Positions 58,712 to 64,000 of a DNA stretch of 64,000 bases are shown one piece after another. The stretch is from contig JBBDXB010000006.1 of the NCBI GenBank assembly GCA_040902515.1, positions 268,280-332,279 of the forward strand. The letters are read 5' to 3'. How positions within the stretch are numbered: the first letter of the stretch is position 1; each line of letters begins with the position of its first letter. The notes beneath the pieces were generated by a model, which worked only from the letters and a program-made list of their open reading frames with translations, did no database searches and was not told the DNA's origin. The DNA comes from Patescibacteria group bacterium. GTDB lineage: Bacteria; Patescibacteriota; SICC01. The position numbers were made by a program, and so were the translations under genes.

Positions 58712-60046
58712 CTACTGCGTCGAAGCGTTCAGTTGCCGGAGTATGTCCGTCAGTTCGTTGGCCCCCCGGTCGATCACGTTCTGCGGATTCTCCCCGGCCA
58801 GGACCTGGTCGATCATCCGGGCGAAGATCGCATCGGCCTTGGCCGCGTCGCCCTTGTACCAACTGCGGGCGGTCTCAAGCTGCTCCTGTAATACGTCCAG
58901 CCCGCCGCTGGCCGGGACTTCCTTGCGGGCGGGAACGCTCTCGACCGCCTGGGTGTATTCGCGCATCTGGTCGCGGTTGGTGATGAACCGGAGGAAGTTC
59001 CAAGCCTCCTTTGGATGCTCGCTGCCCTGGGCCACGGTCTCGACCCAGAAGCTGGCATAGTTCACCGGCGAGGTCCCGGCGATCTGCGGCATCGGGGCGA
59101 TCTCGTACTGGAGCTCGGGATTGAGCCGCTCAAGCTCCGGCGCGTGGTATGCATAGCCGAGCATGTACGCGACCTTGCCTTCGGCGAACGCCCGGACCGA
59201 ATCGCCCGACTTGCTGTTCCAGGAATAGTTGCTGCTCCGCGGGTCGGCGAAGCTGGTGTAGAACTCCAGCGCGAGACGGCCGAGCGGCTGCTGCCGACCC
59301 TCCACGTCCTGCGTGAGGTTGAACGTGGCCTGGGTATTGTCATCGTTCGTCATCTGCGTGCGCTGCTGGAGCATCATCAGCGCGAGAATGTCGACGCTTC
59401 GGTTGACGGTGTTGTTGCCGAGCGCGATCGCCGAGCGGACGAACCGGTCACCCTGCCGCTGGTTGAGCTCCCGGAGCAGCCCGGGTCGGTCAGGATTGCC
59501 GGGTTCGCCGACCAAATCCTCCCAGGTCTTGGGTGCCTCGTGGGTTCCCGTCCCCCCCTCGAATTCCGCGTTGAGATAGAGCCCCAGCGAATCGATCGCC
59601 AGCGGGATGCCATAGATGCGGTCGTTCCGGACCGTTTCGAGCGCGGGCGGATAGAATTCATTCCGGTAATCCCGGAGGGCGTACTTCTCTGCCGAGATCG
59701 GTTCGATCTTGTCGAAGTAACGCGGAAGCCAGGTGTTGTGCACGGTGAAGATGTCCGGCCCGCGCCCCCCCGCGAGGGCATCCACCAACGTCCGTTCATA
59801 CTCCTCGTACGTGAGCTTCCGGTACTCGATCTTCACGTCCGGATGGTCCGCCTGATACCGGTCTATCAGCGGTTGGAACTTGTCCTTGTCGTCGAACACC
59901 CGCCAGTACCGGATCGTGACCGGACCGGCATCGCCTTCATCTTCCGCGGATTGCTGCCGTCCCCCCAGGACCACCATGGCGATGATCAGTAACACAAGCA
60001 CCCCGAGGAGCACGCCAACGATGATAGTGATGCGTCGTTTGTCCAT
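58712..60046 (-). CDS. Extracellular solute-binding protein (sugar, family 1), orphan
   Basis: GPDIF, YGIP..DSLGLY.N, PKTWE, AWNFLRF; N-terminal TM anchor. Confidence 0.88.
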   Translation of the reverse strand: MDKRRITIIVGVLLGVLVLLIIAMVVLGGRQQSAEDEGDAGPVTIRYWRVFDDKDKFQPLIDRYQADHPDVKIEYRKLTYEEYERTLVDALAGGRGPDIFTVHNTWLPRYFDKIEPISAEKYALRDYRNEFYPPALETVRNDRIYGIPLAIDSLGLYLNAEFEGGTGTHEAPKTWEDLVGEPGNPDRPGLLRELNQRQGDRFVRSAIALGNNTVNRSVDILALMMLQQRTQMTNDDNTQATFNLTQDVEGRQQPLGRLALEFYTSFADPRSSNYSWNSKSGDSVRAFAEGKVAYMLGYAYHAPELERLNPELQYEIAPMPQIAGTSPVNYASFWVETVAQGSEHPKEAWNFLRFITNRDQMREYTQAVESVPARKEVPASGGLDVLQEQLETARSWYKGDAAKADAIFARMIDQVLAGENPQNVIDRGANELTDILRQLNASTQ

Positions 60047-60111
60047 GTTTGTTTCTAGCCAAATTCTACCCTAACCACCTCGATTGTGAAGCACCGTGTA
60101 TACTCGACCTC

Positions 60112-61005
60112 ATGAGTGAACGGATTCGCAAAGCGGTAATCCCGGCGGCCGGGTTCGGTACCCGGTTCCTGCCGGCCACCAAAGCCACACCGAAGGAGAT
60201 GTTCCCGCTGGTGGACAAGCCGCTGGCCCAGTACGTGGTGGAGGAAGCGGCGGCAGCCGGCATCGAGGAGATCATCTTCATCACCGGCCAGGCCAAGCGG
60301 GCGATCGAGGATCACTTCGACCGTAACTTCGAACTCGAGTACCTGCTGCACTCGTCGGGGAAAGACGAATCCCTGGCCGCGGTACGGGATATCTCGGATC
60401 TCGTCTCGTTCGCCTACGTCCGCCAGAAGGAGATGAAAGGGCTCGGCCATGCCGTACTGCAGGCTAAGAAACTGCTTAACCAGGAGCCTTTTGCAGTCAT
60501 CCTGCCGGATAACGTGTTCTCCGGGGCGGGGCCGGCAATCGGCGACGTGATCAAGACATACGACAAGGTCGGCACCACGGTGGTCGGGGTTAAGGAAGTG
60601 CCGGAGGAGCAGACCCGTCTGTACGGGATCGTGAGCGGCGAACCGGCCGGCACGGCGGCCGGCGAAGACGTACTCAAGGTGACGGGCATCGTTGAAAAAC
60701 CGGATCCGGCCGATGCGCCCACGCGCCAGGCCGCGATCGGCCGCTACGTACTCAGTCCGGCGATCTTTGAAGCGCTCGAGAGCCTGAAGCCGGATGACGG
60801 CGGCGAGATCCAGTTGGCGGAAGCCATCCATAACCTGGCCGGGACGGAAGGCGTCCATACGGCGACCGTGTCGGGCGAGTACCACGATGCCGGGGACAAG
60901 CTCGGCTACCTGCAGGCGGTCGTCGAGTACGCGCTAGCACGTGATGACCTCGGGCCGGCCTTCCGGAAGTACCTTGAGGAACGCTTGGGCTCAGGAAACG
61001 ACTGA
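60112..61005 (+). CDS. galU: UTP--glucose-1-phosphate uridylyltransferase
   Basis: KAVIPAAGFGTRFLPATK..PKEM, GLGHAV, VEKP. Confidence 0.96.
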   Translation: MSERIRKAVIPAAGFGTRFLPATKATPKEMFPLVDKPLAQYVVEEAAAAGIEEIIFITGQAKRAIEDHFDRNFELEYLLHSSGKDESLAAVRDISDLVSFAYVRQKEMKGLGHAVLQAKKLLNQEPFAVILPDNVFSGAGPAIGDVIKTYDKVGTTVVGVKEVPEEQTRLYGIVSGEPAGTAAGEDVLKVTGIVEKPDPADAPTRQAAIGRYVLSPAIFEALESLKPDDGGEIQLAEAIHNLAGTEGVHTATVSGEYHDAGDKLGYLQAVVEYALARDDLGPAFRKYLEERLGSGND

Positions 61006-61806
61006 CGTAACGTCCCAGTGGCCCACCGTCCTGAATGCCACCGGCTTGCCCAGAAGCCGGCTCGCGATCTCGCTGGGTACGGAAGCATCTCCGCTGGTGA
61101 GGTACGACGTATTCCCTTTGCCGGCGGACCTCAGCGCGTCATTGTGAGCAAGGATGTGTTTCACCTGGTGCGCGACGGCGGTTCCGGGCTCAAGCAATTC
61201 GGCTTTTCCGTTGATCGCCGTGCGTAGCAGCTCGGTCAGGAACGGATAGTGCGTGCATCCGAGCACAAGCTGGTCCGCGCCGGCATCCAACGCGCGGCGC
61301 ACCGGCCGCTCGACGGTTTCCGGGGCACGTTCGCCGGATTCGACCATCGTGACCCAGGAGGGGCAAGGAATGTCGATGACCTTCATGTTTTTGGCATGGG
61401 TGCCGCCCTTCAACTCGGCATATGCGGGGCTCCCGAGGGTCGCCTTGGTGGCAAAAACAGCTATGGTACCGGTCTTCGTCCGTTCGGCAGCATCCTTGAC
61501 CATCGGCACGACGGCAACGAACGGCGTATCCGCGAACCTGGCACGAAAGAGGTCGATCGTGGTGAGGGAAGCGCTATTACAAGCTACGACGACGATCTTC
61601 GCGCCTTCGGCGATGAGCGTCGGAATCGCGATTTTCGTGAGTTTGAGGATTTCTTCAGGCGTCTTTTCTCCGTAAGGAACGTTCGCTTGGTCGGCCAAGT
61701 ACAGGATATCTTCAGCCGGCAGGAGATGCCTGACCTGGCGGGCGATAGTGAGTCCGCCAAGCCCCGAGTCGAATATGCCGATCGGTGCCTGGGCGTTGGA
61801 TTTCAT
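60991..61806 (-). CDS. murI: Glutamate racemase
   Basis: FDSGLGG, PYG, ACNSA, LGCTHY. Confidence 0.96.
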   Translation of the reverse strand: MKSNAQAPIGIFDSGLGGLTIARQVRHLLPAEDILYLADQANVPYGEKTPEEILKLTKIAIPTLIAEGAKIVVVACNSASLTTIDLFRARFADTPFVAVVPMVKDAAERTKTGTIAVFATKATLGSPAYAELKGGTHAKNMKVIDIPCPSWVTMVESGERAPETVERPVRRALDAGADQLVLGCTHYPFLTELLRTAINGKAELLEPGTAVAHQVKHILAHNDALRSAGKGNTSYLTSGDASVPSEIASRLLGKPVAFRTVGHWDVTSVVS

Positions 61807-61837
61807 GCTTCCATCTTACTTGATGGTAATTCCAGGC

Positions 61838-61853
61838 TGTTCCACGTGAAACA
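61838..61853. promoter_or_regulatory. parS: parS centromere-like site
   Basis: TGTTCCACGTGAAACA matches the canonical parS; intergenic; about 20 kb from oriC. Confidence 0.92.
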
Positions 61854-61861
61854 AGGGGCGT

Positions 61862-63148
61862 TTAACCGGACTTCTTTGATTCAGCCTGGTTTCGCTGTTG
61901 GCTGAACCGTTCAAGCGTCTTCTTGATCCGTTCCTCGAATCCGCGCGTGCCGGGCTCATAAAACCGTTTTCCTACCAGCTTTTCGGGTAAATGGGAGTGG
62001 GACACGGCCGCATCGTCCTTGGCGTGGGCGTACTCGTATCCTTTTCCGTAGTCTTCCTGCTTCATCAGCTTGGTTACGGGATTTCGGAGGTGTAACGGTA
62101 CGGGCAAGGCCCCGGAATCCCGCACTTCCGCCCGGGCGCTCTCGATGGCGCGGTAGGTGGCGTTGCTCTTCGGGGCCGAAGCGAGGTACGTTGCCGCCTG
62201 GCTAAGGTTGATCCGTGCCTCCGGCATGCCGATCATGCGCGTAGCCTCGAACGCGGCGATGGCCAGCGGCAGCGCCTCCGGATCCGCGTTGCCGACGTCT
62301 TCCGAGGCGAAAATCACCATACGGCGGGCGATGAAGACCGGATCTTCGCCCGCTTCCAGCATGCGCGCCAGGTAATAGACGGCGGCGTCGGGATCCGAAC
62401 CCCGCATGCTTTTGATGAACGCCGAGATGACGTTGTAATGCTCCTCGCCCTTTTTGTCGTAACCCAGCGCTTTCTTAGTGAGTACCTGCTCCAGGAGCGG
62501 CCGGTCGACGGCCTTTCCGGGTAAGGACCAGGCGGCCTCGACGGTATTCAGCAGCATCCGGGCGTCGCCGTCGGCGATGTCGAGCAGGAACCGCTTGGCA
62601 TCCGGGGCCAGCTTCTTCTTGCCAGCGGCCTTTTCTAACTCAGAAATCGCTCGGTTGAGAATCTTTTCCAGCTCCTGGGGAGAAAGCGCCTCCAAGCGGT
62701 ACACGTGGGCACGGGACAGGAGCGGCCCCACCACCTCGAAGCTCGGATTCTCGGTCGTTGCGCCGATCAGCGTAACCGTGCCCGATTCCACGTGTGGCAG
62801 CAGCGCATCCTGCTGCGCCTTGTTCCAGCGGTGGATTTCATCGATGAACAGGACCGTCTTGCGCCTGAGCCGGACGTTCTGCTCCGCGACGGCGATCGCG
62901 TTCCGGAGATCGGCGATGCCGCTGGTCACGGCTGAGAACGGCATGAATTCCGCGTCCGCCATGCCGGCGATCAGCTTGGCCAGCGTGGTCTTCCCCACGC
63001 CTGGCGGCCCCCAGAGGATGATCGAGGGGAGATGGTCGGCCGCCAGGAACTTGGTCAGCGCCCCGCCGGCCCCGACCAGATGCGGTTGCCCCACGAACGA
63101 CGCGAAGTCCGTGGGCCTGAGCCGGTCAGCGAGGGGTTGGGTACGCAT
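61862..63148 (-). CDS. rarA: Replication-associated recombination protein A
   Basis: PLADRLRP, GPPGVGKT, DEIHR, ATTENP, SEDVG. Confidence 0.97.
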   Translation of the reverse strand: MRTQPLADRLRPTDFASFVGQPHLVGAGGALTKFLAADHLPSIILWGPPGVGKTTLAKLIAGMADAEFMPFSAVTSGIADLRNAIAVAEQNVRLRRKTVLFIDEIHRWNKAQQDALLPHVESGTVTLIGATTENPSFEVVGPLLSRAHVYRLEALSPQELEKILNRAISELEKAAGKKKLAPDAKRFLLDIADGDARMLLNTVEAAWSLPGKAVDRPLLEQVLTKKALGYDKKGEEHYNVISAFIKSMRGSDPDAAVYYLARMLEAGEDPVFIARRMVIFASEDVGNADPEALPLAIAAFEATRMIGMPEARINLSQAATYLASAPKSNATYRAIESARAEVRDSGALPVPLHLRNPVTKLMKQEDYGKGYEYAHAKDDAAVSHSHLPEKLVGKRFYEPGTRGFEERIKKTLERFSQQRNQAESKKSG

Positions 63149-63195
63149 GATACGTGCAGTGTACGCTTCCTGCGCCCCCTCCGCCGGCCGTGGTA

Positions 63196-63642
63196 CTACT
63201 CGACCGTTTTTACCTTAATCGTGCGCTTTTTGGCTTTACGGGACTTGGGGACTTCCACGGTAAGGACGCCATGCTTGAACGTGGCCTGCGCCTTGTCCAC
63301 CTCGCACGGTACCGGCAGCCCCACGGTCCGCGAGAACCGGCCCCAGTAAATCTCCTGGACGTGGGTGTTCTCGCTCCGTTCCTCGTGTTCGGTCTTCCGC
63401 TCGCCGGAAATCGTGATCGAGTCGTCGTCGGCCGCGATCGTGACGTCTTCCGGGTCGACGCCTGCGATCGGTGACACGATGATGATCGCGTCCCCTGTCT
63501 CGTGCACATCGACGGCGATTTCGCCGCCCGCGGAGGTGTCCTCGTCTTCGTCCGGCGTGTTTTCCGAAGCCGCCGGCGCGTCGGTACGGTCGGTCAGCGT
63601 GCCGAAGAAAGGTGAAGCGGTCTGGTCGTCCGGTGCGGTCAT
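63196..63642 (-). CDS. Small heat shock protein (Hsp20)
   Basis: VDVHET, ISGER, EIYWGRFSR..LP, FKHGVL. Confidence 0.93.
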   Translation of the reverse strand: MTAPDDQTASPFFGTLTDRTDAPAASENTPDEDEDTSAGGEIAVDVHETGDAIIIVSPIAGVDPEDVTIAADDDSITISGERKTEHEERSENTHVQEIYWGRFSRTVGLPVPCEVDKAQATFKHGVLTVEVPKSRKAKKRTIKVKTVE

Positions 63643-63708
63643 GTCTACCCATTCACGCTACTTGGCAGGCAGGAGGCGGTCAAGCGAGCGTGAAAGGGGT
63701 TTGTTCGA

Positions 63709-63737
63709 TTGACGCCCCCGCCCGCTACCGTTACGAT
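63709..63737 (+). promoter_or_regulatory. sigma70 promoter of groES
   Basis: TTGACG-N17-TACGAT. Confidence 0.7.
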
Positions 63738-63749
63738 AATTACCGCAGT

Positions 63750-63776
63750 TTGGCACTCAATATATTAGAGTGCTAA
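63750..63776 (+). promoter_or_regulatory. CIRCE operator (HrcA binding site)
   Basis: TTGGCACTC-N9-GAGTGCTAA upstream of groES. Confidence 0.95.
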
Positions 63777-63823
63777 CGAATTACGAATCAGTAATAATTG
63801 TTAATAACCCCAGGAGGTTCCCC

Positions 63824-64000
63824 ATGGACATCTCACCACTAGGTGACCGCGTAGTCATCGAGGCGATCGAGGAAGACACGACCAGCGCCGCCGGCATCGT
63901 GATCCCTGAGACCGCCGACAAGGATAAGCCGCAAAAGGGCAAAGTGCTCGCCGTAGGGCCGGGCAAGGTCGGCGACGACAACGAGCGCATCGCACCCGAA
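63824..64000 (+). CDS. groES: Co-chaperonin GroES (partial)
   Basis: [33 protein letters not shown]; AGGAGG SD. Confidence 0.96.
   Translation, partial: MDISPLGDRVVIEAIEEDTTSAAGIVIPETADKDKPQKGKVLAVGPGKVGDDNERIAPE

Noticed and set aside
1-64000. Alternative genetic code (UGA=Gly), CRISPR array, rRNA, retron or DGR
   Set aside because: TGA terminates conserved genes such as dnaN at the expected length; no arrays, rRNA or reverse transcriptase motifs seen

Overview
High-GC bacterial chromosomal segment (code 11) spanning the replication origin. Gene content (no amino-acid or cofactor biosynthesis genes, Gram-positive-type T4SS with several VirB2-like pilins, VanW, orphan solute-binding protein, DUF5673-type protein) best fits a Patescibacteria/CPR genome; this is an inference. 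From left to right: rpoD (partial, with a histone-H1-like N-tail) and dnaG; redox and accessory genes; five dispersed tRNA genes (3 Ser, 2 Arg including anticodon GCG) interleaved with ORFans, a split MazG-like gene, an AEP-like gene and an unannotated, highly structured 700-bp RNA/small-peptide locus containing an apparent Phe-rich leader-peptide attenuator; a SigH-like sigma factor, PMM, GH15, trpS, comF and vanW; a 14-kb surface glycan cluster (gmd/rmd, 4 GT4, 3 O-antigen-ligase-like proteins, wzx, a frameshifted sulfatase-like gene); jag-yidC-yidD-rnpA-rpmH / dnaA-oriC-dnaN-recF-dciA; a c-di-AMP receptor; a ~15-kb T4SS-like cluster without relaxase, carrying three wall hydrolases; galU, murI, parS, rarA, hsp20 and CIRCE-groES. 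Many genes show a -10 box 6-7 nt before the start codon, suggesting widespread leaderless transcription. All family assignments come from motif recognition by eye, not database searches.
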